A stretch of DNA of 64,000 nucleotides, from assembly GCA_963830835.1 (NCBI GenBank), contig CAWHNJ010000022.1, positions 67,434-131,433 of the forward strand. Reading direction: 5' to 3'. Shown piece after piece: positions 11,934 to 21,470 of this stretch (position 1 is its first letter; the number at the start of each line of letters is the position of its first letter). Source of the DNA: an uncultured Actinomycetes bacterium. GTDB lineage: Bacteria; Actinomycetota; Thermoleophilia; Gaiellales; Gaiellaceae. The notes beneath the pieces are model-generated. The model was not told where the DNA came from. It made no database searches and saw only the letters and a program-made list of their open reading frames with translations. Both the position numbers and the translations under genes were made by a program.

Positions 11934-13206
11934 CTACCACGATCGCCGTTGGAGCACGTACCAGGCCTCGCACGCCGCGACAGTCGCCGCTCCGAATGCG
12001 ATCTGCACGCCGATGAGGTCCGCCGGCTCTCCGTGGAAGAGCCCGTAGGCAACGATCTGCGCCGCCAACAGGAGCACGAGAACGGCCGCGATGCGGGCGC
12101 GTCCGAGCGCAAGGAAGTGGTAGAGGTACACGATTCCGAGGCCATAGAGTGCCATCGCGAGGCAGAGCGGGCCTAGCCAGGAATCGGCCGCCTCGTACTC
12201 GGAGCCGAAGAGCAGGTCGATCAGCTGCCCGGCGAAGATCCATGCGAGCGCGGTGAGCAGCGTGGACGTCGCCGCTACGACCGCGAGGCCCGCCGCGAGG
12301 TGGCGACGCTCCCGCGCTCGGTCGTGGAGCACCGCCACGCGAGGAAAGAGGACCGTCGTCGCCGCGATCGGCACGAGCAGGAGCACCTTCGAGGCGACCG
12401 CGGCGGCGGCGTACGCGCCTGCTTCGTCGCCCGTCGAACGCCAGCCGCGCGACGAGGAGGTCGCCGTAGGCGAGCGCCCACAGCGCGGTGAGGCCGAGGG
12501 CCGCGCCGGCGTTGGGGCGCGTGGCGAGGCGTTCGCGACCGGCGTCTTCTGCCTTTGCCAGAAGCCGGCGAAGGGGCAGCGCCGTCACGATCACCGTGAG
12601 GGCGGTCGCGCCCGCGACGCCGAGCATGACCGCAGCGACGCTGCCGCCCGCGAGTGCGATCGCAAGGCCTGCTGCGAGGCGGGTGCCCGCATACAGGATG
12701 TGCGCGCCGGAAAGCGTCCCGAAGCGTCCGGCTCCCTGGAGCCCGCCCCACACGACGGGGATGGCGAGGGCGATGGCGATCGTCGCAGCCGTCGCGCCGA
12801 CAGCGACTGCATCGTCCGCGCCCGCAACCGCAGCCAGGACGGTCGCGATCGCCGCGAGCGCGGTGAGCACCACCGTCCACGCCAACACCGCGCGAAGCGT
12901 CCCCCGCAACACCGACCCTGCCGCGCCGGCACGCCCCTGCCCCAGCTCGGCAGCGACCGCGCGGGCCGTCGTGGCCTGGAATGCAAGCGGCGGGATGGCG
13001 CCCACGAGCACGACCGCGAAGAGGGCGGCGACGAGCGCGTACTCGTCCGGCTCGAGGATTCGGGCCAGCGAGAACTGGAGCACCGCGTTGAGGACGTTCG
13101 CGAGCCCGACCGCAATCGTGAGCAGAACGCCCGAGCGCAGCAGCACCCCTCTGCCCGCGGCGCGTGCGCCTGCGCCCCCTCCAGCCTCGTCGGAGCTCGC
13201 GGACAC
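11934..13206 (-). CDS. Polysaccharide/oligosaccharide flippase-like membrane protein (Wzx/MOP superfamily), frameshift near 12420
   Basis: ORFs 11926..13206 and 11934..12386 are joined. About 12 hydrophobic segments, e.g. [30 protein letters not shown]. The family call rests on general resemblance only. Confidence 0.65.
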
Positions 13207-13244
13207 GGGCGGAGTCTAGGTTTTCCACCAGCGACACAGCCCCC

Positions 13245-13398
13245 GGGACGTGTCCCACAGAGCCCTGTCCCAGGGACAGGCCCCTGGACATGTCCGAAGG
13301 AGGGGTGTCTCCGGCTCGGTCCTTAGACCAGCGCACGGGACTATCCCTGCACCGGCCCGAAAACGCCGGGTCGAGGGACTGTCCCTAAGACGTGTCCC
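13245..13398. repeat. Cluster of six GGGAC-N(0-2)-GTCCC-type palindromes in the flippase/TSUP intergenic region
   Basis: GGGACGTGTCCC 13245-56, CTGTCCCAGGGACAG 13265-79, GGACATGTCC 13286-95, GGGACTATCCC 13337-47, GGGACTGTCCC 13375-85, GACGTGTCCC 13389-98. Confidence 0.6.
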
Positions 13399-13404
13399 GA
13401 AGTG

Positions 13405-14154
13405 TCAGTCGAGGATGGCCTCGACCACGAAGGCAGCTCCCACGACGACGAGCGTGACACCGAGCGCGCGCCGCAGCCCGAGCTCGGAGAACCTGCCGGT
13501 CATCTGCGCGCCGAGCCAGCCGCCGGGGAGCGCGCCGGCCACGCCGGCCACCAGCAACGTCCACTCCACCTCGCCGCGAACGGCGTGGCCGAGGAAGCCG
13601 AACACGCCGAGAAAGAAGCCGACGACGAGGTTCGTCCCCACGACGCGTGCCGCGGTCATCCCCACGGCCCGCAACAGCGCCGGCACGCGCAGCGTCCCGA
13701 GGATCACGCCGATGGCACCGCCGAGCAGGCCGATCACGGCGCCGAACGCTGCGGCCGAGAAGAGACGCGGTCGCTCGCGCGGTCGCGCATGGAACGGCCG
13801 TGCGAGCAGGTCGACACCGTTCCAGATCAGCACGGCGGCGATCGCCGCGAACAGGATGCGCTCGGGAACGGCGTCGCCGTACAGGCCGCCGATGAGCGCG
13901 CCGACCACGGACGGCGGCGTCATCCACGCGACGACGCGCCAGTCCACCCGCCCGGCGCGCGCGTGCTGGATGCCGCCGGTCGCCGCCGACGCGGCACTGA
14001 TGGCGATGTTCGTGCCGGCCGCCGTCGCCGCGTCTCCGGAGACGACGAGCACGAGCGGCAGGCGCAGCGTGCCGAGCACGAGCCCGAGCATCGACCCGAG
14101 GTAGCCGGCCACGAACGAGCCGGCGAAGACGACGGCTATTTCCCAGGCTTCCAG
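13405..14154 (-). CDS. TSUP (TauE/SafE) family anion exporter, start codon unresolved
   Basis: This is the C-terminal 250 aa of ORF 13405..14577: IAVVFAGSFVAGYLGSMLGLVLGTLRLPLVL...GLLGGAIGVILGTLRVPALL (duplicated TSUP repeat). There is no ATG/GTG/TTG upstream of the first TM segment. Confidence 0.75.
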   Translation of the reverse strand: MEAWEIAVVFAGSFVAGYLGSMLGLVLGTLRLPLVLVVSGDAATAAGTNIAISAASAATGGIQHARAGRVDWRVVAWMTPPSVVGALIGGLYGDAVPERILFAAIAAVLIWNGVDLLARPFHARPRERPRLFSAAAFGAVIGLLGGAIGVILGTLRVPALLRAVGMTAARVVGTNLVVGFFLGVFGFLGHAVRGEVEWTLLVAGVAGALPGGWLGAQMTGRFSELGLRRALGVTLVVVGAAFVVEAILD

Positions 14155-14693
14155 AGCGTCTCCGCGTCGACCGGCGGCGGCGTTGGCCGCCCGCGCGAGG
14201 ATGAAGAGCAGGTCGGAGAGGCGGTTCAGGTAGATGCGGACGAGCGCGCTCGCCTCGGCCGCGATGGCTGCGCGCTCGGCGCGGCGGCAGACTGCCCGCG
14301 CGACGAACAGCCTCGCCGCGAGCTCGCAGCCCCCCGGGAGCACGAAGCTCTTGAGCTCGGGGAGTGCCTCGTTGAAGCGGTCGCAATCAGCCTCCAGCCG
14401 GTCGATCTGCTCCTGCGTCACCCGCAGCCCGGGCTTCCCTTCGGGCACGGTAAGGTCTGCGCCGAGATCGAAGAGCTCGTTCTCGACGCGCGCGAGCGTC
14501 TCGGCGATGTCGCCCTCTGCCTCGACGACTGCCCAGCCGACGAGCGAGTTGAGCTCGTCGACCTCGCCGCCCGCCACGACGCGGGATCGAGCTTCGAGAC
14601 GCGCGTTCCGTCGCCGAGGCTCGTCTGGCCCTCGTCACCGCCTCGCGTGTAGATCTTCGTCAGGCGAACCGGCTCGTCAGGCTTCCGGGGCAC
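14136..14693 (-). pseudogene. pduO: PduO-type ATP:cob(I)alamin adenosyltransferase with two apparent frameshifts (near 14585 and 14190)
   Basis: GTG 14693 gives [37 protein letters not shown], then [15 protein letters not shown]...LPELKSFVLPGG...YLNRLSDLLFILAR, then the canonical end DAETLWKPGK-stop (TAG 14136-38) in a third frame. Confidence 0.8.
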
Positions 14694-14701
14694 GGGCCAG
14701 C

Positions 14702-15853
14702 CTAGGTGCCGCCGAGGATCGAGCGCGCGATGACGAGCCGCTGGATCTCGCTCGTTCCCTCGTAGATCTCGGTCACCTTCGCGTCCCGGTAGTAGCGCTC
14801 GACGGGGAACTCCTTCGTGTAGCCGTAGCCACCGAGCACCTGGATCGCCTCGGCGGTCTGACGCCGCGCGGTCTCGGAGGCAGCAAGCTTCGCCTTCGCG
14901 CCGGCCGCTGCGAACGGCAGGCCCTTGTCCTTTCGCCACGCCGCCTCGTACGTCAGAAGCCGCGCCGCCTCGATCTCGACCGCCATGTCGACGAGCTTCC
15001 ACTGGATCGCCTGGTGGCGGGCGATCGGCTGCCCGAAGGAGTGGCGCTGCAATGCGTACTCGCGCGCGACGTCATAGGCGGCCTGTGCGATGCCGAGCGC
15101 CTGCGCCGCGATGCCGATCCTCCCGCCGTCGAGGGTCGACATGGCGACGGAGAACCCCTCGCCCTCCGGGCCGAGCATGCGATCGGCGCCGACGCGCGCG
15201 TCCTCGAGGAGGAGGTCGCCCGTCGACGAGGAGTTGAGACCGAGCTTCTCCTCCTCACGCGTCACGCGTACGTGCTCCGGACCGAGCAGGAACGCCGAGA
15301 TGCCCCGCGCTCCGGGAATTTCCGGGTCCGTGCGCGCGAAGAGGAGGATCGTGGCCGCGTAGCTCGCGTTCGTGATCCATTGCTTCTGGCCCGAGATCAG
15401 CCATTCACCCCCGTCCCGCGTGGCGGCACAGCGAAGCTTCGTCGCGTCGGAGCCGATGTCCGGCTCCGAGAGCGCGAATGCGCCGAGCGCCTCGCCGCGC
15501 GCGAGCGGCGGCACGAACCGCGACTTCTGCTCCTCGGATCCCCAGGCGAGGATCGGCAGCGTCGTCGCGCTCGTGTGGACTGCGACGGTGACGCCAACGC
15601 CGGCGTCCGCGCGCGAGAGCTGCTCGAGGACGAGGATGTAGGAGAGGAAGTCCGCGCCCGCGCCGCCGTGCTCCTCGGGCACGCACACGCCCATCAGCCC
15701 CACCTCGGCGAGCCGCGGGAGGACTTCCTCCGGGAAACGGTGCTCGCGATCCCAGGCCGCTGCGTGCGGAGCGATCTCCGCGTCCGCCAGCTCGCGGGCG
15801 AGAGCCTGGATCTCCTGCTGCTCCGGCGTCAGCTCGAAGTTCACATCACGCAT
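14702..15853 (-). CDS. Acyl-CoA dehydrogenase (short-chain/butyryl-CoA type)
   Basis: [23 protein letters not shown]...[14 protein letters not shown]...QWITNA...[18 protein letters not shown]. Frame intact. Confidence 0.93.
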   Translation of the reverse strand: MRDVNFELTPEQQEIQALARELADAEIAPHAAAWDREHRFPEEVLPRLAEVGLMGVCVPEEHGGAGADFLSYILVLEQLSRADAGVGVTVAVHTSATTLPILAWGSEEQKSRFVPPLARGEALGAFALSEPDIGSDATKLRCAATRDGGEWLISGQKQWITNASYAATILLFARTDPEIPGARGISAFLLGPEHVRVTREEEKLGLNSSSTGDLLLEDARVGADRMLGPEGEGFSVAMSTLDGGRIGIAAQALGIAQAAYDVAREYALQRHSFGQPIARHQAIQWKLVDMAVEIEAARLLTYEAAWRKDKGLPFAAAGAKAKLAASETARRQTAEAIQVLGGYGYTKEFPVERYYRDAKVTEIYEGTSEIQRLVIARSILGGT

Positions 15854-16679
15854 AGTCGTAGAAACCGGCGCCGCTCTTGCGGCCGAGGCGGCCTGCGGCG
15901 ACATGCTCGCGGAGGAGCGGGCACGGCGCGTACTTCTCGTCCCCGAGGCCCCCGTGGAGCACCTCCATGATCGAGACGCACGTGTCGAGACCGATGAGGT
16001 CGGCGAGCGCGAGCGGTCCGATCGGGTGGTTGAAGCCGAGCTTGGCGATGGTGTCGATCGCCTCTGCCTCGGCGACGCCGTCCTGGAGCGCGTAGGCCGC
16101 CTCGTTGATGAACGGCATGAGGATGCGGTTGGACACGAAGCCCGGGAAGTCGTTCGCCTCCGCCGGCGTCTTGCCCAGGTCCCTGGCCAGCGCGACGACC
16201 GCGGCGGCCGTCTCGTCGGAGGTCTCGGGCGCCCGGATCACCTCGACGAGCGACATCAAGGGCACGGGGTTGAAGAAGTGCATGCCTATGACCTGTGACG
16301 GCCGCTCGGTCGCGGCCGCCAGGTCGGCGATGGGGATCGAGGACGTGTTCGAGGCCAAGATCGCCTCGGGGGGCAATGTCGCATCGGCGGTTCGGAAGAT
16401 CTCCTTCTTCACGTCGGCGTCCTCGACGACCGCCTCGATCATGAGGTCGGCCTCGACGATACCGCCCACCGGCTCGACACGACCGAGCACGTCGTCGGGG
16501 TCGGCGCCGCCCTTCTCGGCGAGCTTCTCGAGGCTGCGCCGCATCGTCTGCAGACCGCGCTCGACCGCGCCGGGCGCTGCGTCGTGCAGCGAGACGCGGC
16601 GGCCGGACGCCGCGAGCACCTGCGCGATACCGCCGCCCATCTGTCCCGCCCCCACAACGAGCACGTGCTCGAACCGCAT
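15846..16679 (-). CDS. 3-hydroxybutyryl-CoA dehydrogenase
   Basis: [23 protein letters not shown]...SNTSSIPI...[17 protein letters not shown]...[11 protein letters not shown]...[11 protein letters not shown]. Frame intact. Confidence 0.93.
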   Translation of the reverse strand: MRFEHVLVVGAGQMGGGIAQVLAASGRRVSLHDAAPGAVERGLQTMRRSLEKLAEKGGADPDDVLGRVEPVGGIVEADLMIEAVVEDADVKKEIFRTADATLPPEAILASNTSSIPIADLAAATERPSQVIGMHFFNPVPLMSLVEVIRAPETSDETAAAVVALARDLGKTPAEANDFPGFVSNRILMPFINEAAYALQDGVAEAEAIDTIAKLGFNHPIGPLALADLIGLDTCVSIMEVLHGGLGDEKYAPCPLLREHVAAGRLGRKSGAGFYDYA

Positions 16680-16725
16680 AAAGGCGATCTTACTGCCGCG
16701 CTCTGTTAATATCATTTCTGTACTG

Positions 16726-17045
16726 ATGGCGAGCGCTGATCTGATTCGGGAGGCGAGGCTGCGAGCAGGGGTCACCCAGGCGGACCTCGCCCGCCGCGTG
16801 GGCAGGCAGCAGTCGTCGATCGCGCGCTGGGAGCGAGGCGCAGTGACGCCGAGCTTCGAGACGCTGCAAGAGCTCGTCCGCGCCTGCGGGCTCGAGCTCA
16901 CCTTTCGACTCGCGAGCCGCGACGATCGTACGTGCCGCACATCGAGCGCTACCTCGAGCGCACGCCGGCGCAGCGCGTGGCGGATGCTCTGGCGCGAGCG
17001 CGAGCGCTCGATCCGCTGCGCGACGCCGCGGTGCGCCGTGGCTGA
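16726..17045 (+). CDS. XRE-family HTH protein (antitoxin-like), frameshift near 16925
   Basis: [58 protein letters not shown]. The tail [37 protein letters not shown]-stop is in a second frame. Confidence 0.65.
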
Positions 17046-17541
17046 TCTCGATCCTGCCCGTCTTCTGGGCACCCTCGAACAACACGGCGTCCGCTACGTC
17101 GTCATCGGCGCCATTGCGGCGATCGCCCAGGGCTATCCGCTCGCGACCGAGGATCTTGACATCACGCCCGAGAACGAGCTCGACAACCTCGAGCGCCTCG
17201 CCGCAGCTCTCGAGGAGCTCGGTGCGCGACTCCGTGTCCCGGGCGGCCCGACTGAGGGCGTTCCCCTCCCCGTCGATGCCCGTCTGCTGGCCCAGAGCGA
17301 CCTCTGGTCGCTGACGACGGACGCGGGCGACCTCGACCTCGTCTTCACTCCCGCCGGTACGGCCGGCTACTCCGATTTGCGCCGCGACGCGCTCGAGCTC
17401 GATCTCGGGGTCACCGTGCTCGTGGCGTCCCTTCGCGATGTCATCCGCTCCAAGGAAGCCGCGGGCCGCCCGAAGGACCTCGCCCAGCTGCCGGCGCTTC
17501 GTCAGACCCTCGAGGTAATTCGTCGACGCGAACGCAGCTGA
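17038..17541 (+). CDS. Nucleotidyltransferase-fold protein (putative toxin partner of the HTH protein)
   Basis: The GTG overlaps the upstream stop (GTGGCTGA). [44 protein letters not shown]...[21 protein letters not shown] resembles minimal NTase/AbiEii-like proteins. The family assignment was not verified. Confidence 0.5.
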   Translation: MADLDPARLLGTLEQHGVRYVVIGAIAAIAQGYPLATEDLDITPENELDNLERLAAALEELGARLRVPGGPTEGVPLPVDARLLAQSDLWSLTTDAGDLDLVFTPAGTAGYSDLRRDALELDLGVTVLVASLRDVIRSKEAAGRPKDLAQLPALRQTLEVIRRRERS

Positions 17542-17544
17542 GAG

Positions 17545-18693
17545 CTAGGCCTCGATCAGCAATGCGTCGCCCTGCCCGCCGCCCGAGCAGATGGCCGCAA
17601 GCCCCAATCCGCCGCCCTGCCTCCGCAGCTCGTACACGAGCGTGGAGAGGATGCGCGCGCCCGACGCGCCGATCGGGTGGCCGAGCGCGACCGCCCCGCC
17701 GTTGACGTTCACGGTCTCGGGATCGGCGTCGAGCATCTTCACCGAGTTGAGCGCGACCGAGGAGAACGCCTCGTTGACCTCCACGCGCTTCACATCGCCG
17801 ATCCGCTTGCCTGCCTGTTCGAGGACACGGTTGCCCGCGCCCGCGGGCGTGCGTGCGAGGTACGCGAACTCGTCTGCGACATACGCCTGGCCGACGATGG
17901 TCGCCAGCACCTCGAGCCCGCGCTCCCGTGCGAAGTCCTCGCTCGTCACGACGAGCGCGCCGGCGCCGTCGTTGACACCGGGCGCGTTGCCGGCCGTCGT
18001 CGTGCCCTCGGCGTCGAACACCGGCGGCAGGGCAGCCAGCTTCTCGAGCGAGGTGTCGCGACGCGGTGCCTCGTCGGTGTCGACACTCCCGACGGGAACG
18101 ATCTCCTCGCGGAAGCGACCTTCGTCGATGGCGGCGCCCGCGCGCTCGTGTGACCGCAGAGCCCACGCGTCCTGCTCCTCGCGAGGAATGCCGAGCTCGC
18201 GGGAGACGAACGATGCCTGCTCGACCATGTGCCGCCCGTCGAAGCTCGACACGAGGCCGTCGTGCACCATGAGATCGACGAGCTTGCCGTCGCCGAGCTT
18301 GTAGCCGAACCGAGCCTTCGGCGCCGCGTACGGCGCGTTCGACATCGATTCCATGCCCCCGGCGACGATGACGTCGTGGTCGCCGGCGCGGATCATGGCG
18401 TCCGCGATCTCGACGGCCCGGATGCTCGAGGCGCAGACCTTGTTGACGGTGTCCGCGGGCACCTCGATCGGCAGCCCAGCAGCGACGGCTGCCTGGCGAG
18501 CCGGCGCCTGGCCGGCCCCGCCCTGGAGCACCTGGCCCATGATCACGTACTCGACCTCGGCGTCCTCGACGTCCACGCGGTCGAGCGCAGCGCGGATAAC
18601 GATGGCGCCGAGCTCGGTCGCCTGCTTCGACGCGAGGCCGCCGCCGAGCTTGCCGAACGGCGTACGTGTAGCGGAGACGATGACGGAGCGCAC
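17545..18693 (-). CDS. Acetyl-CoA C-acetyltransferase (thiolase II)
   Basis: MRSVIVSATRTPFGKLGGGL...VNKVCASSIRAV...NGGAVALGHPIGASGARIL...AAICSGGGQGDA. Frame intact. Confidence 0.95.
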   Translation of the reverse strand: MRSVIVSATRTPFGKLGGGLASKQATELGAIVIRAALDRVDVEDAEVEYVIMGQVLQGGAGQAPARQAAVAAGLPIEVPADTVNKVCASSIRAVEIADAMIRAGDHDVIVAGGMESMSNAPYAAPKARFGYKLGDGKLVDLMVHDGLVSSFDGRHMVEQASFVSRELGIPREEQDAWALRSHERAGAAIDEGRFREEIVPVGSVDTDEAPRRDTSLEKLAALPPVFDAEGTTTAGNAPGVNDGAGALVVTSEDFARERGLEVLATIVGQAYVADEFAYLARTPAGAGNRVLEQAGKRIGDVKRVEVNEAFSSVALNSVKMLDADPETVNVNGGAVALGHPIGASGARILSTLVYELRRQGGGLGLAAICSGGGQGDALLIEA

Positions 18694-18731
18694 GGCCGCA
18701 ATCTATCCGTCTGAACGCCCGCTTCGGGGGA

Positions 18732-18767
18732 CGCCTTTCGAGGGATCGAGACCGCCTTTCGAGGGAT
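18732..18767. promoter_or_regulatory. Perfect 15-bp direct repeat CGCCTTTCGAGGGAT x2 (21-bp period) in the divergent thiolase/carbamate kinase intergenic region
   Basis: Copies at 18732-18746 and 18753-18767, read directly from the sequence. Confidence 0.4.
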
Positions 18768-18826
18768 TGGGCGGTCAAGCCCTGTTGCGCAGGTAGGAAG
18801 GCACCGCGCCCGCAGAACGAGGCCCG

Positions 18827-19754
18827 GTGACGGACTCTCGGCTCGTGCTCGTGGCGCTCGGCGGCAACGCGCTGCTGCGGCGCGGCGAGCCGATGACGGC
18901 AGCGGCGCAACGCGCGAACGTCCGCGTCGCCGCCGAGGCGCTCGCGCCCGTCGCGGAGCGCCACCGGCTCGTGCTCTCCCACGGCAACGGCCCGCAGGTG
19001 GGGCTGCTCGCGCTGCAGGCGGCCGCGTACTCGGAGGTCGAGCCGTATCCGCTCGACATCCTCGCCGCCGAGACGGAGGGGATGATCGGCTACCTCATCG
19101 AGCAGGAGCTCGGCAACCTCCTGCCGTTCGAGGTGCCCTTCGCGACGATCCTGACCATGGTCGAGGTCGATCCCGACGATCCCGCGTTCGACCGGCCGAC
19201 GAAGTTCATCGGCCCGGGCTACGACGAGGCGGAGGCGCGCAAGCTCGAGGAGGCAGCACGGCTGGGCCTTCGCGCTCGACGGTGACCGCTGGCGCCGCGT
19301 CGTCCCCTCCCCCACACCGACACGCATCTTCGAGCACCGGCCCATCAAATGGCTGCTCGAGAAGGGCACCATCGTCATCTGCGCCGGTGGCGGCGGCATT
19401 CCCACGATGTACGAGCAGAACGGCACACGCACGCTCGTCGGCGCGGAGGTGATCGTCGACAAGGACCGTGCGAGCGCGCTGCTCGCACGGGAGATCGAGG
19501 CCGACGTGTTCGTCATGGCGACCGACGTCGACGGCGTGTACCTCGATTGGGGTACCCCGGACGCGAGGCGCCTCGAACAGACGACCCCGGCCGAGCTGCG
19601 CGCCCACGACTTTCCGACGGGCTCGATGGGGCCGAAGGTGGAGGCGGCGTGTGACTTCGTCGAGCGCACGGGCGGCACGGCCGCCATCGGCGCCCTCGCA
19701 GACATCGAGGCCATCGTCGACGGCCGCGCAGGCACGATCGTCGAACCCGACTAG
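18827..19754 (+). CDS. arcC: Carbamate kinase, frameshift near 19258
   Basis: [17 protein letters not shown]...SHGNGPQVG...; continues in the ORF 19407 frame as [19 protein letters not shown]...ICAGGGGIP...[13 protein letters not shown]...ATDVDGVY. Confidence 0.88.
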
Positions 19755-19773
19755 CGTTGCTACCCTGGCCGGC

Positions 19774-20921
19774 GTGCGTCTCCGGAGCGTCGTCGCGCTC
19801 ACCGTCACGCTCGCGGCCGTGGTCGCCACGGGCGCCGGCGCGTTCAACATCGACACCGACCAGCCTCCGCCGCCGGGAGTCGTCGGCACACCGTACTCCT
19901 TCGTCTTCCAGCCCCAGGACGGCGCGCCGCCCTATGGGTTCTGGATCGACGCCGGCGAGATCCCGCCGGGCCTCAAGATGGAGGGCGACGGGACGCTGCA
20001 CGGGACGCCGACCGCCCCGGGCACGTTCAGCTTCACCGTCGGAGGCTCACAGTGCTGCGGTCCCGATTCGCAGATGGGATTCACCCTCACCATTCGCGAC
20101 AAGCTCGCGATCACGACCGCGTCGCTCCCGAGCGCACTGGTGGGAGCGCCATACGCGGCGCCGCTTTCGGTGGTCGGCAACAGCGGCCTGGGCATGGGCT
20201 GGAAGGTGAGTGCGGGCTCGCTCCCAGCGGGCCTGGCCATCGCGCCTGACGGTACGCCTGCGGACACGAAGATCTCAGGCACGCCGACGACAGTCGGCAC
20301 CTCGACGTTCACCGTCAAGGTGGGTGATACCGACGGCTTCCTGCCCGACCGTTCGACGACGCGGCAGTACACGCTCGCCGTCGTGGCGCCGTTCGCGGTC
20401 ACGGCCGCTGCAAGCAAGCTCCCAACCGGCATCGTCGGCAAGGTGTACAGAGGGACGCCGGCGACCGCTGCAGGCGGCCTCTCCCCCTACACGTGGGCCG
20501 TGTCGGGCGGGACCCTGCCGGCCGGGCTCACGCTCGACCCTGCGACGGGTGCGCTCGTCGGAAGGCCGACGACCGCGGGCTCGTACGCGCTGTCGATCCG
20601 GGCAACGGACGCGGACGGCCGCATGGGCACCGCAGATGTAGCGATCACGATTGCCGCGCGCTGGACCTCGTCACCACTCGCCTTCGCACTGCGACAGTCG
20701 GCGACCCGTATAGAGCAACGCTGCGCGCGCAGGGCGGTCAGGCGCCGCGGACGTTCACGATCACCCGCGGGAAGCTCCCGGGCAAGCTGAAGCTCAACGC
20801 GAGGTCTGGCGTCATCAGCGGGACGCCCCAGACAGCCGGCACGTTCCGCTTCACGGTGACGGCGAGGGACGCACTCGGCCAGCGCTCGTCCGAGCGGCTG
20901 TCGCTGACCGTTCACGCGTAG
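19774..20921 (+). CDS. Secreted protein with about 5 'putative Ig' (He_PIG/cadherin-like) repeats, frameshift near 20658
   Basis: Signal peptide VRLRSVVALTVTLAAVVATGAGA. Repeats of the form GxPY...GG.PY.W....G.LP.GL.L....G...GTPT..G...FTV. The last repeat is in the ORF 20493..20921 frame. Confidence 0.7.
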
Positions 20922-20991
20922 TCGCGTCGGGATAGATTCAGCCCGCCCATCCGAATAGCGCTTCGACACCCGCCGACGCACGTGGACTCTT

Positions 20992-21174
20992 GTGCAGTCC
21001 GTCCTCGTAACCGAGTCGCTGACGAACAAGGAGTACAACTCATCGGTGCTGCTGGACGGCACGAAGCTGTTCCGCATCGCGGTGCCGAAGGGAACGACGC
21101 TGCGCGCGGTCTTGCCGCTCCAGGCCGCCAAACCGTGCTACCTCGCCGGCTACAGCAAGCTCGTGCGCGCCTGA
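20992..21174 (+). pseudogene. Orphan C-terminal fragment (60 aa) of the tandem secreted-paralog family
   Basis: VQSVLVTESLTNKEYNSSVLLDGTKLFRIAVPKGTTLRAVLPLQAAKPCYLAGYSKLVRA matches only the last ~55 aa of the paralogs at 22.4-28.0 kb. There is no signal peptide or N-terminal domain, and local GC is lower. Confidence 0.5.
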
Positions 21175-21180
21175 GGGTCC

Positions 21181-21200
21181 ATATCAGATTAATCTGATAT
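21181..21200. promoter_or_regulatory. Perfect 20-bp AT-rich palindrome ATATCAGATTAATCTGATAT, a candidate toxin-antitoxin operator
   Basis: It lies 12 bp upstream of the antitoxin ATG (21213). It is the only AT-rich perfect palindrome in the neighbourhood. Confidence 0.6.
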
Positions 21201-21212
21201 GTTTGGCCACCG

Positions 21213-21470
21213 ATGGCTCGCCTGACCGCGACGGAAGTGGCCCGTCGCTTCTCGAGATCCTGAACCGGGTTGCGGACGGGGAGGAGATCGAGGTGAGCGC
21301 GGGGGCGCCCCGTGGCCGTCATCACCCCGCCGAGACGGCGCCTGCTGTCCGCGGAGCGGTTCCGTGAGCTGATGGCGTCCGCGCCACCCGTGGACGACGA
21401 CTTCGTCACCGACGTACGTCGGATCCGCCGTGAGGCTGGGATAGCCGAGGAGCGCGCCTGGCCGTCCTGA
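21213..21470 (+). pseudogene. Phd/YefM-like antitoxin with at least two frameshifts
   Basis: MARLTATEVARRFS(E)ILNRVADGEEIEV...PVAVITPPRRRLLSAERFRELMASAPPVDDDFVTDVRRIRREAGIAEERAWPS-stop can be reconstructed only by changing frame near 21255 and near 21300. Confidence 0.55.

Noticed and set aside
17441-19735. Very long ORFs on the opposite strand of, or out of frame with, known genes, all Arg/Ala/Pro/Gly-rich. Examples: 764 aa at 17441..19735, 725 aa at 36448..38625, the first 320 aa of 34918..37635, 10406..12016, 14234..15970 and 57679..59535.
   Set aside because: These are typical shadow ORFs of ~70% GC DNA. They overlap genes with clear family signatures (thiolase, patatin, mutase, ACAD, E2), and their translations are low-complexity.
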